Below the pieces are notes generated by a model that worked only from the letters and a program-made list of their open reading frames with translations, ran no database searches and was not told where the DNA came from. From assembly GCA_949358305.1 (NCBI GenBank), contig OX442314.1, positions 32,364,001 through 32,428,000 of the forward strand: a stretch of DNA of 64,000 bases, given 5' to 3'. Source of the DNA: Strigamia acuminata (lineage: Eukaryota). Positions 36,768-46,207 of the stretch are shown piece after piece. A program made the position numbers and the translations under genes. Each line of letters opens with the position of its first letter. The first letter of the stretch is position 1.

Positions 36768-37424
36768 ATGACTACTACTTCAAGCAGCGGGACCTACTCT
36801 CTTGGTGGGGAGATCTATTGTCAAGTCAATCCATTTCTAGCTGGAGTCTACATCCACCTAAGACGATTTCTGACATACCCGAACGGAAAGCTGTATCCCT
36901 CTCGTGATGGTATGTGCATGAACGTTAAGACATTTTATGATTTTGTGGAACATTGGAAGCAGATAACGAGTGAAATTGCGAATTTAAAAACCAAGAAATC
37001 ATCAACCATTGAGTGTGAAGGTGGTGTTTTAGTCACTATTTCCAAGTCGAAAACTGATGATGTATCTTTGATGATATGTCGTTCATTTGCGCCAGAGAAG
37101 TTTATTCTGCTTTCATATGAACAATGGCGTCAACTCAAGAAGCAGCGATCATCCATATTTTCGGGCATCGATGAAGCTCTGTCAAAGTTGCAAGAGAGCA
37201 ACCTTCAATTTCCAGCTATTCCCGAGGAAACAACTGCAAGTTCATTTGTTACTCCGACCACATCTCAAGCTCCAATTGTTTTAAAAAAGAAAAAGGAGAG
37301 AAAGCAAATGAAGAAGAAACCATATCAGAGACCCATTCCTGGTGTGCATTTTGTGGATTCTTCTGATGAGGATGTCGATTCAAAACCTACCAGTGTACCT
37401 GTCGATACTGATGATGATGAATAG
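36768..37424 (+). CDS. PC4/Sub1-like ssDNA-binding protein (probably a tandem domain) with basic NLS and acidic tail
   Basis: YSLGGEIYCQVNPF..GVYIHLRRF...GKLYPSRDGMCM resembles the PC4 pattern; second degenerate unit ends ILLSYEQWRQL; TATAAA at 36715-36720 favours ATG 36768. Confidence 0.7.
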   Translation: MTTTSSSGTYSLGGEIYCQVNPFLAGVYIHLRRFLTYPNGKLYPSRDGMCMNVKTFYDFVEHWKQITSEIANLKTKKSSTIECEGGVLVTISKSKTDDVSLMICRSFAPEKFILLSYEQWRQLKKQRSSIFSGIDEALSKLQESNLQFPAIPEETTASSFVTPTTSQAPIVLKKKKERKQMKKKPYQRPIPGVHFVDSSDEDVDSKPTSVPVDTDDDE

Positions 37425-37622
37425 ATTTATAGTTAATTTGTTATTTGTATTGGTAGAATAGAAATTGTATACTTTAGTTTAAATTTTTTTTGTACTTATT
37501 TCTTTTTTTTTGTGTTAATTATATAAATAAAATTTGTTTGAATAAGAATACATCTTTTTTCTTTCATTAATTTCTTTAACAAATAAGTTAAGTTGTAATA
37601 AGGGTGTTTGTGTTATATTAGT

Positions 37623-37935
37623 GGAAATGGAGGATAAAACAGGAAGCGAGCGGTGCAAAGTTGTCCTCTGCTATGATTCGTTGAAACCATTTTAGACAAG
37701 TTTCAACATGTCTCATCAATTGCACTGTTTGGAAGGGAGGATAAAACAGAAAGTGAGTGGTGCAAATGTCTCCTCTGCTATGATTCGTTGAAACCATTTT
37801 AGACAAGTTTCAACATGTCTCAGCAATGGCACTGTTTGGAAGGGGGGATAAAACAGGAAGTGAGCGGTGCAAAGGGGAGGAGTCCTCTGCTATAATTTGT
37901 TGAAACCGCTTGGGGGACAAGTTTAGACATGTCTC
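37623..37935 (+). promoter_or_regulatory. Three ~107-114 bp tandem repeats, each with a p53-consensus site and an ETS-like motif, upstream of alkB
   Basis: AGACAAGTTT-CAACATGTCT (37694, 37801) and GGACAAGTTT-AGACATGTCT (37915); followed by ATTGG (37938) and TATATA (about 37964). The repeat is certain; the function is inferred. Confidence 0.7.
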
Positions 37936-38002
37936 CGATTGGACAGCAGAATAGGTTAACTGCTATATATACCGAGCTGATGTTTCTTTTGGATGAAAAA
38001 AC

Positions 38003-38701
38003 ATGGAGAAGACGACAATAGAGCCTGTTTGTTGGAAAGATATTCTCAAGCAGGATTTACACTTGCAGTATGGGCTTCTTTTCAACAAAGAAGTAGCTGA
38101 TTCTACATTTCAAAAGCTGGAAAATGAAATCACATACTATACAGGTAGACTGAGTCAAATCAAGATTTATGGCAAGTGGATCAATATACCGAGACAACAA
38201 GTTGCATTTGGTGATGATGGATTGAAATATTCATTTTCTGGTAATACTTTACCGGTTAAAACTTGGACTCCTCTTTTGCGTGATTTACGAGATGCCGTTC
38301 AGTTTGTTACCGGACATGAATTTAACTTTGTTCTCGTTAATCGTTATGCAAATGGCAACCAGACTATTGGTGAACATCGAGACGATGAGGTGGGACTTCA
38401 TCCAAACGCACCAATAGCGAGCCTGTCTCTAGGACAAAACAGAAACTTTGTTCTTCGTCACGTGTCTCTTAAGCGAAAGTATACTATTCGCAACTCAGTC
38501 TTACCACCAAAGCCGATTTCTCTCGCGTTGGAACACGGTAGCATTCTGCTAATGCACCAACCTACAAACCGTTTTTGGTATCACAGTCTTCCAAAGCAAA
38601 TTTCTGCACTTCATCCGCGAATCAACTTAACTTTTAGAAACATCATTCAAAGTAAGTTCCATTTATTTAATGATATTATTATAAATGAATATTTATTTTA
38701 A
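38003..38701 (+). CDS. alkB: AlkB-family 2OG-Fe(II) dioxygenase, ALKBH2-like
   Basis: IPRQQVAFGD, YSFSG, FNFVLVNRY, HRDDE (HxD), IASLSLG, WYHSLP, RINLTFR (RxxxxxR). Confidence 0.93.
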   Translation: MEKTTIEPVCWKDILKQDLHLQYGLLFNKEVADSTFQKLENEITYYTGRLSQIKIYGKWINIPRQQVAFGDDGLKYSFSGNTLPVKTWTPLLRDLRDAVQFVTGHEFNFVLVNRYANGNQTIGEHRDDEVGLHPNAPIASLSLGQNRNFVLRHVSLKRKYTIRNSVLPPKPISLALEHGSILLMHQPTNRFWYHSLPKQISALHPRINLTFRNIIQSKFHLFNDIIINEYLF

Positions 38702-38714
38702 TTCGTGTTTTAGA

Positions 38715-39374
38715 ATGAATTCGGAACAATTAAAAAACGTAGGTTGTATTATTGACTTTGAGGGATTCCAGTTTGGTCCCGACTTTCTACTCAAGGAGCT
38801 CGGAGTGTGTTTTCTATACAAGGATTCTACTTTAAGTTATCACTTTCGTGTTGGACAATTTGACAAACTAGAACCAAAATGGCAAAAAGTTGCTGCTTGG
38901 TTAAAACGTAATATCCACGGTATGAAGTTTGAAGATGGTCCTGATGATCTACCTCAAAGCTGGATTTCTTTTATCCTCACACCTTTACATATAAATTGTG
39001 TTCAGGAAGCCAACAGACCAATTATTGCATTCAAAGGAGGCCAAATTGAAAAAAATTGGTTAATCAAATGTGACATTCCATACCTCGACCTGGAATCATT
39101 GGGATGTCCAAAATATCAGGACCTTCATTTTAATCTTGATCCTGATTCAAAACCTTTATGTCACCTTCATGAATCCCTACTTCCCTCCAAGTTAATGCAC
39201 TGTCCTCAAGCTGAGTGTCTTTGCTTTAAGGAGTGGTGTATTGAAACTCAAGACCATTCTTATCTCGACGATCTTGAAGCCCTCCTTCATGGAACGGGAA
39301 ATGAAAATGCGAACGGAGATGATGCGGCGAATCCGGGAACGGAAGCAAACCTTTCGCAACTGGCCTGTTTCTAG
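38715..39374 (+). CDS. Putative DEDD/RNase H-fold nuclease-like protein
   Basis: IIDFEGF..F.LKEL (ExoI-like DxE), HG, and C-terminal CHLH..HC; family assignment by motif only. Confidence 0.55.
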   Translation: MNSEQLKNVGCIIDFEGFQFGPDFLLKELGVCFLYKDSTLSYHFRVGQFDKLEPKWQKVAAWLKRNIHGMKFEDGPDDLPQSWISFILTPLHINCVQEANRPIIAFKGGQIEKNWLIKCDIPYLDLESLGCPKYQDLHFNLDPDSKPLCHLHESLLPSKLMHCPQAECLCFKEWCIETQDHSYLDDLEALLHGTGNENANGDDAANPGTEANLSQLACF

Positions 39375-39615
39375 ACACATCGCCGACCCTTCCACCTTAG
39401 CCCGTGCTGGATTCAAATACTTGGGTGAAAATGATCATGTTGAGTGCGTCTACTGTCTCGGTCGATTAAAAGAGTGGAAACGTGGTGACATACCTCTTTT
39501 GGAACATTATTCTTGGTATGCCTATTGTCCATTAATGAGAATTACTTTTGAAAAAGGACTGAATGAAGAGTGGTTGATTTATAAATCCATCTATGGGTTA
39601 GATACACCAGGTTGA
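39289..39615 (+). CDS. Single-BIR inhibitor-of-apoptosis-like protein
   Basis: RKQTFRNWP, LARAGF, CVYC-x16-H-x6-C; no RING domain; overlaps the end of the upstream ORF. Confidence 0.9.
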   Translation: MEREMKMRTEMMRRIRERKQTFRNWPVSRHIADPSTLARAGFKYLGENDHVECVYCLGRLKEWKRGDIPLLEHYSWYAYCPLMRITFEKGLNEEWLIYKSIYGLDTPG

Positions 39616-39644
39616 TAGAAACACCAGATTTTGTAACAATTACT

Positions 39645-40169
39645 TTATTTCTTTGTTTTACTTATTTGTACGATACAATTTTTATCATACAATGTTGACA
39701 TCTTAAAATTAAAAATATGTTTAACAAATTTTGTAACTTTTTTATCATTGTAATATGGATTTCTTGGATTAAATTGATTTTTTATATAATCAAAGCTTTT
39801 TCCTTTACACCTATTATAAATAAAATAAATGCAATAATATCCACATGCGAGACTACACGGTGATTGATAGGTTTGAGTAATCCTGTTGGTTAGTTTACAT
39901 CCAATATTTTGAATAAAAGCAGTAATTTCTTTCGCTGGTGGTTTACCGAACGAATCAAAATATTCAATCGCACCGGGTACTTTCTCATCTCGAAACAATG
40001 CTACCCAATGTTCGCCTGGTTTTGTATGGGGATGAGTATTTACAACAAACGCGCATGTTTTGTTTGTTTGTTGCGATGAGGATAGCAAATCAATTGGATA
40101 TACACCTTTAAAAATTTGCCTCGTCACTGAATTCTTAGATAAAATCTCCGTTATTTGGAGCGTGTTCAT
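39645..40169 (-). CDS. Adenain-like cysteine maturation protease
   Basis: GEHWVAL (His), YFDSFG (Asp), YQ....ACGYYC (Gln, Cys). Confidence 0.93.
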   Translation of the reverse strand: MNTLQITEILSKNSVTRQIFKGVYPIDLLSSSQQTNKTCAFVVNTHPHTKPGEHWVALFRDEKVPGAIEYFDSFGKPPAKEITAFIQNIGCKLTNRITQTYQSPCSLACGYYCIYFIYNRCKGKSFDYIKNQFNPRNPYYNDKKVTKFVKHIFNFKMSTLYDKNCIVQISKTKK

Positions 40170-40177
40170 AGCTTGAG

Positions 40178-41515
40178 TTAAAATTCAGTAATGATATTCC
40201 TCGCTCTATCAATCTCCAGTATGGATTGATATTCCGCCAGTACTAATACGGTTATGGTTGCAGTTAAGGCTTTATTAAATCTCATTTCAATCCTAACATT
40301 TCCTTGTTTTACTAAATTCAAATGTGGTTGACCGGCGGATGCATCTTGCGTTAAATCAAATCCAAATAAAACATTTCCGCCTAAACAATAATCAGTATAC
40401 GAAATGCCTAATCCTAAATCTTTATCTGCTCTATTCATAGTTTGGTATAAGGTAATAAATTCACGAGCTGCTTGTCCTTTTGCAAAATCTGGCTTATATG
40501 GACTCATTGGTACTCCTTTTCCATCCAAAAATACTTGAAGAAAATTTATTCCTTGGTTTTCAAAATTATACGGATTACTGGCATATGATCCGCAGTAGGC
40601 AGTGTTTTTCACAAGACCAATAATCAATCGGGATGGATATTGACCGAGAAATGCATTATCAATCATAGCAGTTTGCGATCCTGTAGCAATTGTAAATGTT
40701 TTAACTTCTACCCTTCTAATGGGATATTTCGCATTACGTTGCTCTAATGCTTGATGATGAGCTAAGAGTACACTAGCGCTAGGAACTATCTTTTTTACAA
40801 ATAAAGTTGCATCATTTATAACTGTTTTATAGGCCGCCCCTGCCTCTTTTGAAATTAAACTAAATGCATCATTTTGTCTAGTAAGTGTAATTCGCAAGTC
40901 AACATTATTTATGAGATAATGTGGTTGAGAAAAGATATCGCAGTGAAGTCTTCCAAACATCTGTAATTTTCCACAATCACCATCCTGCATGAGTCGATGA
41001 TATCGTTTATAAATTCCAAACTCCTCGTTAAAATCTGCTACTGTTGGATCTAAATCATCAAATGATCCTCCTGTATCCTCATAATACATCTCCACTGTTT
41101 TATAACTCTTTTTGGCATCATTTGAAAAACTGAGAATTGTTTCGAGATAACTTCTATAACAATAATTTGAATCGGAAGCTGACACTAGCTTATCATTTAG
41201 TCTAACATCTATTTGACTGAACAATGAATGTAGGAATAAATTTGTAGGAGAAACCTTAGCTGTTTTTGTAATTACAGCCCCAGCACCATCGGTTACAGTT
41301 ACATTTAGTAACAAGTATGTTTGACTCAAGTCAATGTACGTATCAGCAGTACCCTTGATTGAAAAATCTAATGGCTGTCCTGCAGTTACGGCTGTAATTG
41401 GATGGTATTCACTCCAATAATTATCTTCCACAGTTATTTGTGTGAGTGGTAATCCAAAAATGTCTAGTTCTGGAGTCGCGCCTTCGGCAGATGATTCATG
41501 GGGAAATTGCGGCAT
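40178..41515 (-). CDS. Major capsid protein (double jelly-roll)
   Basis: 445 aa; LHSLFSQIDV, YRSYLETIL, NPYNF and FGFDLT typical of Maverick MCP; adjacent to the protease. Confidence 0.9.
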   Translation of the reverse strand: MPQFPHESSAEGATPELDIFGLPLTQITVEDNYWSEYHPITAVTAGQPLDFSIKGTADTYIDLSQTYLLLNVTVTDGAGAVITKTAKVSPTNLFLHSLFSQIDVRLNDKLVSASDSNYCYRSYLETILSFSNDAKKSYKTVEMYYEDTGGSFDDLDPTVADFNEEFGIYKRYHRLMQDGDCGKLQMFGRLHCDIFSQPHYLINNVDLRITLTRQNDAFSLISKEAGAAYKTVINDATLFVKKIVPSASVLLAHHQALEQRNAKYPIRRVEVKTFTIATGSQTAMIDNAFLGQYPSRLIIGLVKNTAYCGSYASNPYNFENQGINFLQVFLDGKGVPMSPYKPDFAKGQAAREFITLYQTMNRADKDLGLGISYTDYCLGGNVLFGFDLTQDASAGQPHLNLVKQGNVRIEMRFNKALTATITVLVLAEYQSILEIDRARNIITEF

Positions 41516-41517
41516 GG

Positions 41518-42000
41518 CTAATCAAATATGTCAGGTCCAAGAAGTGAAGTTTTCCTTTTGCAGGACTTCCTACGCACGTTCTTCTTTGGTCGAGTTCGTC
41601 TCTTAGACTGATTCTTTTGTTTGGTTACACGTCTTTTCTTTTGTTTACCATCCATCCGCTTTTGTTTGCCTCCTTTCTGTACACCAATCTTTTTTAAAAA
41701 ATCCGATTTGGTTCGAACAACCTGATCTTTAAATGCATTTCCAAATTTTCTCTTTTTTACACGCATATCGGAAATTACGTCTAATCCTCTCTTCAAACCA
41801 TACGTTGCTGCATCCAACGCTCCACTTCTCACAAAAGGCTTTACAATTCGAAATGCGTCACTTATAAGTGAACCCAAACCATGTCCTTGTTGATAGCGAG
41901 ATCCTACAAATATAGGAAGATCTGCTCCACCTATTTGCGCATGATTTGAGCAATATCTATCCATGCAGATTTGAGGGTTTAGTTCATAGTGAAATCTCAT
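41518..42000 (-). CDS. Small basic virion core/membrane-active protein candidate
   Basis: QQGHGLGSLISDAFRIVKP amphipathic segment, QxGG motifs and Lys/Arg-rich tail; ATG 42000 lies just after the penton stop. Confidence 0.7.
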   Translation of the reverse strand: MRFHYELNPQICMDRYCSNHAQIGGADLPIFVGSRYQQGHGLGSLISDAFRIVKPFVRSGALDAATYGLKRGLDVISDMRVKKRKFGNAFKDQVVRTKSDFLKKIGVQKGGKQKRMDGKQKKRRVTKQKNQSKRRTRPKKNVRRKSCKRKTSLLGPDIFD

Positions 42001-42004
42001 CTTG

Positions 42005-43135
42005 TCAATCCAATCTCTTCCTGAAGTGTAACGTTGCAACGACACGTCCAAACTCGAATGGTACTTTTTCTCCGGTGTCACCCCTTATAAGCACTTGTAT
42101 GGATTCAAATTGCAATTTTGCCAGCGGTTTATAATGTGGATTTTCAAAAGTTTGGGAGATGTATTGTCCTCGCTCTTTTCCTTGAATCTGTATTATTCTT
42201 AACAGTGGCGCTAAAGTATCCCCAACAATGTTTGGTTGTATTAGATTGCAATACAAGTACATATGATATAGTCCAACTTGTTCATCCATTTTATGAAAAG
42301 CTTCTGTTGTTTTTGTAATTACACGCAAATCATTAAAACCGAGAGTTGATGCCAAGGCTTTATCAAGAACCAACTTGGTGTTAATTGGCAAGTTAATCTC
42401 AATTTTCTTTGATGATATATTAAAACTAAATGGTGCTTTATCAATAACTACGAGTGCTTTAAGATTTAAAGCATCTACTAATTGATCAGGTCCCGAATAA
42501 TTTCCAGGTTTCAAGCTTTGTTTCTGTTTACCATCAGTCTCCTTTTCAATTGATAAATTCCAATTTTTATCATTGATAAGATTTGGTGTGAGACGTGGAG
42601 AATCACGAGCCGTCTTGGATTCATCAGCGTAAAAATCATCATCTTCATCTTTCACAAAACCTAACACATATGCCAGCCTCTGCGGGATCATGACTTGAAA
42701 CTTAGGCATAATTATTATTTCAAATCTTAAACGAGTGGAATTCCAGTGAAATTTAATTCCTAATTTTTGCAATGCTTTGTCAAGATCTTTAACTTTCTCA
42801 TCTTTCTTGGTTGGAGATGTTAAATTATTATTTAAAAAGTTAAGAAACTCGGATATTAACTTATCCTGCGGTAGGGATGCATCCACAAATTTGAATGGTG
42901 GAAATTTGATTGCATTGACTTCATTCTTCAGTATTCGAAAATCGGCACCTCGGGGCAATAGAGCAGTACTCCAGCTTCTTGGATAAAGGAATTCAACCAG
43001 ACCCACTTCCCAATTTTCATCTAAATTAATATATGATGGTAATTGCGTATGAAATTCCGTCAATGTATTATTCGGGTAATAATCTAAGCTGCTATTTGAT
43101 GGAAGACTCACATAGAAACTCTGTTCCGGATCCAT
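42005..43135 (-). CDS. Minor capsid protein (penton) with central insertion
   Basis: N-terminal FYVSLPSNSS..PNNT..WEVGL and C-terminal YCNLI..VGD..APLLR..TLHFR, typical of Maverick penton. Confidence 0.88.
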   Translation of the reverse strand: MDPEQSFYVSLPSNSSLDYYPNNTLTEFHTQLPSYINLDENWEVGLVEFLYPRSWSTALLPRGADFRILKNEVNAIKFPPFKFVDASLPQDKLISEFLNFLNNNLTSPTKKDEKVKDLDKALQKLGIKFHWNSTRLRFEIIIMPKFQVMIPQRLAYVLGFVKDEDDDFYADESKTARDSPRLTPNLINDKNWNLSIEKETDGKQKQSLKPGNYSGPDQLVDALNLKALVVIDKAPFSFNISSKKIEINLPINTKLVLDKALASTLGFNDLRVITKTTEAFHKMDEQVGLYHMYLYCNLIQPNIVGDTLAPLLRIIQIQGKERGQYISQTFENPHYKPLAKLQFESIQVLIRGDTGEKVPFEFGRVVATLHFRKRLD

Positions 43136-43188
43136 GCCTGCTCACTTCTGATTGCATCATTGAGGTGACATCACCTCTTATATGAACA

Positions 43189-43788
43189 ATGTTTCATCAT
43201 CCATTTACTGCTATTATTTCTGGAAGTTCGGGTACGGGCAAAACGGAGATATGTAAGAAAATTATCCGAAATGCGAGTAAAATGATTGATCCACCCCCAC
43301 AAGATATTTGCTGGTACTATTCAATATGGCAACAGTGGTATATCGAATTTCCCAATGTGCAGTTCCACGAAGGATTACCCAATTTAAAGACTTTGGATTC
43401 ATCAACGAGAAAGCTTTTCATCATTGACGATCAAATGGAAAATTTAAATCAAGAGATTGGGTTATTGTGGACTAAATATTCGCACCATACGAGCACTAGT
43501 GTATTTTATTTATGCCAAAACATATTTCATCAAAGCAAATATCAACGAACTTTATCTTTAAATAGTCACTATTTAATCCTTTTTCGAAATCCAAGGGATA
43601 TGAATCAAATCGCAAAAGTAGGGAGTCAAATGTTCCCACAGCGAGGTAAATTTTTCATGTCAGCATTTAACGATGCAACAGCGCAAAGTTTTGGGTATTT
43701 ATTAATTGATTTGAAACCGGATACACCCCAAGATCAAAGAGTGAAGACTAATATATTTCCGGATGAATATACTATAGTTTACATATAG
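43189..43788 (+). CDS. FtsK/A32-like genome-packaging ATPase
   Basis: Walker A GSSGTGKT, Walker B LFIIDD, SHH..Q motif. Confidence 0.93.
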   Translation: MFHHPFTAIISGSSGTGKTEICKKIIRNASKMIDPPPQDICWYYSIWQQWYIEFPNVQFHEGLPNLKTLDSSTRKLFIIDDQMENLNQEIGLLWTKYSHHTSTSVFYLCQNIFHQSKYQRTLSLNSHYLILFRNPRDMNQIAKVGSQMFPQRGKFFMSAFNDATAQSFGYLLIDLKPDTPQDQRVKTNIFPDEYTIVYI

Positions 43789-43797
43789 ATTCCACCA

Positions 43798-44133
43798 ATG
43801 AAACGAGTAAGACGTCACGCCAATGTGCTCCGGGCCATTCCCGATTTAAATAAGAGACAAATCAAGGATTTTCTCAAACATTCTAACGATGATTTCTGTA
43901 AAACCATCTGTGAAATTTGTTTAAACATTATAAAAGGTACAATTAAGTTAGGAGCAAATCAGAAACAATCACTTTATCGAAAGAGAAGGTTGTTAAGAAA
44001 ATTGGCCACTCCTACATCTTCATTCAAACAAAGACGGAACTTGGTCATTCAAACTGGTGGATTTTTACCGCAACTACTCGCCCCAATTATTGGAGCATTA
44101 GTAGGTAAACTAATTAGTAAACAAAATGGCTAG
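43798..44133 (+). CDS. Small basic Maverick protein of unknown function
   Basis: CEICLNIIKG, basic middle region, QTGGFLP followed by a hydrophobic tail. Confidence 0.75.
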   Translation: MKRVRRHANVLRAIPDLNKRQIKDFLKHSNDDFCKTICEICLNIIKGTIKLGANQKQSLYRKRRLLRKLATPTSSFKQRRNLVIQTGGFLPQLLAPIIGALVGKLISKQNG

Positions 44134-45016
44134 GAAAATGGTTTTAGTACCGCAGGAAATGATGTCATCTTTACAATATTCGAAAAAGAACTATGATGAT
44201 ATTGATCCGCAATATCAAAAATTGCAAAAGATTGAATCGTCAATAGAGGAAATTTTCAATGATGCAAACTTGAATGATGAAATGAAAGCTAAACTTATAT
44301 CGACACTTCAATCGCAATTTGGAAACTTTAAACAAAAGCTAATTAAACAATTAAATGCACCAAAAACTGTTACTATATCACCTCCAACTCAATCCGCATC
44401 TCCACCTCAATCACCACCACCAATTGTTTCGCACTTATCCACATCTCAATCGCCATTTGTTCTTCAACCATTGGATAAAATAATGTTGAATAAAATGTCA
44501 AAAGATCAAAAGAAACAAGCTATTGCGTTAATGGAAGTTATGAATTTGAATCCAAGGTTGAAATGGAGCAATCTATCGGAAATGATTATAGATGGAGTAA
44601 AAATTCCAAATACAACCAAAGCTGATCTTATAAACTATACCATAAGAAACCGCCCGAAGCAAAATGTAATTCCGATTGGTCAGTCAGAGTATATTAAAAT
44701 TTTGATTGATTCAAATGTACCAAAAGAATACATTATAAACAAGAATTTAAGAAAGGAATTAATTAGACCGATGAGCACTTCAACTCCCACAATTACTAGG
44801 GACATTCATAGAGAGTCATTGAGTGGAAATGACTCCATCATCAATAATCAAACACTATCAGATCAAGATCAAGAGCTGTCAGACTTAGAGAACACTTGGG
44901 CACATTACGGAACACCAAACAAATCTTTAAGATTTCAACGAGATCAAGACGAGAGTTTATTCAAATATAAAACACCAAGTTCCGGTTCACAAAAAAGAAA
45001 AAAAATAAAGAAATAA
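44126..45016 (+). CDS. Maverick protein of unknown function
   Basis: 296-aa ORF between the ATPase cluster and integrase; coiled-coil N-terminus, C-terminal basic NLS. Confidence 0.75.
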   Translation: MARKMVLVPQEMMSSLQYSKKNYDDIDPQYQKLQKIESSIEEIFNDANLNDEMKAKLISTLQSQFGNFKQKLIKQLNAPKTVTISPPTQSASPPQSPPPIVSHLSTSQSPFVLQPLDKIMLNKMSKDQKKQAIALMEVMNLNPRLKWSNLSEMIIDGVKIPNTTKADLINYTIRNRPKQNVIPIGQSEYIKILIDSNVPKEYIINKNLRKELIRPMSTSTPTITRDIHRESLSGNDSIINNQTLSDQDQELSDLENTWAHYGTPNKSLRFQRDQDESLFKYKTPSSGSQKRKKIKK

Positions 45017-45056
45017 ACAGTATAACTAGGAGCATAGAACAAAGTTAGAAAAACAT

Positions 45057-46151
45057 ATGGCAGAGCAACAATTGAAAGATATCTACTTTAATCCAAGAAA
45101 TCCTGCCGGATTTAGTAGTCGAGATAAATTGTTTCATGCTGCACGTAATCGAGGGATACAAGTTACCAGAAAAGAAATTCAAGATTGGTTACAAGGATTA
45201 GATTCTTATACTTTACATAAACCAGTCCGATACAAGTTTCAACGCTCCAAGACTATTGTACCATCCATTAATTACCAATGGCAATCGGATTTGGTTGAAG
45301 TTGGAAACATAGCAAAGGAAAATGATGGAAATAGATATTTAATGACCGTCATTGATGTATTTTCACGATATGCGTATATTGAAGCATTACCAACAAAGTC
45401 TGCGCAACATATTATAAAAGCTTTTAAAACAATTCTAAAACGTGCCAAGACTAAACCCCTCTACCTGCAGACGGATAAGGGAAAAGAATACTTAAACAAA
45501 GCATTTCAGGAATTCTTACAGAAAAATAACATCAAACATTTTACTAGTGAAAATGATGATATTAAATGTTCACTTTGTGAAAGATTGAATCGAACCATAA
45601 AGCAGAAAATGTGGACTTATTTCACATATACCGGCAGACATCGATATATTGATCAACTGCAAACATTTATAGATTCATATAATCATAGCGTTCATCGAAC
45701 ATTAGGAATGAAACCTGTTGATGTTACGAAAGAGAAAGAACCGGCAGTGTTTTACCACTTATATGGTGATACAATAAATAAAAGACATAAGAAATTTAAG
45801 TTTAATATTGGTGATGGTGTTAGAATATCAAAATCTAAAGTGGTTTTCCGAAAGGGATACAGGGGAAGCTATTCGCATCAAATTTATTATATTATCAATC
45901 GATTAATCCGACCACCAGAAGTTGTCTATATGCTTAAAGATTACAATGATGAACCTTTACTCGGTACATTTTATGAATTTGAGTTGCAGAAAATTAATAA
46001 ACCCAAGGATGCGGAGTATGCTGTAGAAACAGTATTAAAGTCTAAAGGCAAAGGTGCGAATAAATTATATTTTGTAAAGTGGATGGGTTATGGAGATGAA
46101 TTTAATTCCTGGATTCCCGCTGATGACTTACGAGACAACCCACCATTATAA
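45057..46151 (+). CDS. int: Retroviral-like DDE integrase with C-terminal chromodomain
   Basis: WQSDL, IDVFSR, QTDKGKEY, CERLNRTIK; chromodomain YAVETVL...YFVKWMGY...NSWIP. Confidence 0.95.
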   Translation: MAEQQLKDIYFNPRNPAGFSSRDKLFHAARNRGIQVTRKEIQDWLQGLDSYTLHKPVRYKFQRSKTIVPSINYQWQSDLVEVGNIAKENDGNRYLMTVIDVFSRYAYIEALPTKSAQHIIKAFKTILKRAKTKPLYLQTDKGKEYLNKAFQEFLQKNNIKHFTSENDDIKCSLCERLNRTIKQKMWTYFTYTGRHRYIDQLQTFIDSYNHSVHRTLGMKPVDVTKEKEPAVFYHLYGDTINKRHKKFKFNIGDGVRISKSKVVFRKGYRGSYSHQIYYIINRLIRPPEVVYMLKDYNDEPLLGTFYEFELQKINKPKDAEYAVETVLKSKGKGANKLYFVKWMGYGDEFNSWIPADDLRDNPPL

Positions 46152-46207
46152 TTTGTATACACACATAAATAATAAAGATATATTTCGATCATTGCATATG
46201 CACTTGT

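Noticed and set aside
46015..46151. Integrase chromodomain as a novelty
   Set aside because: Already known in Polinton/Maverick integrases
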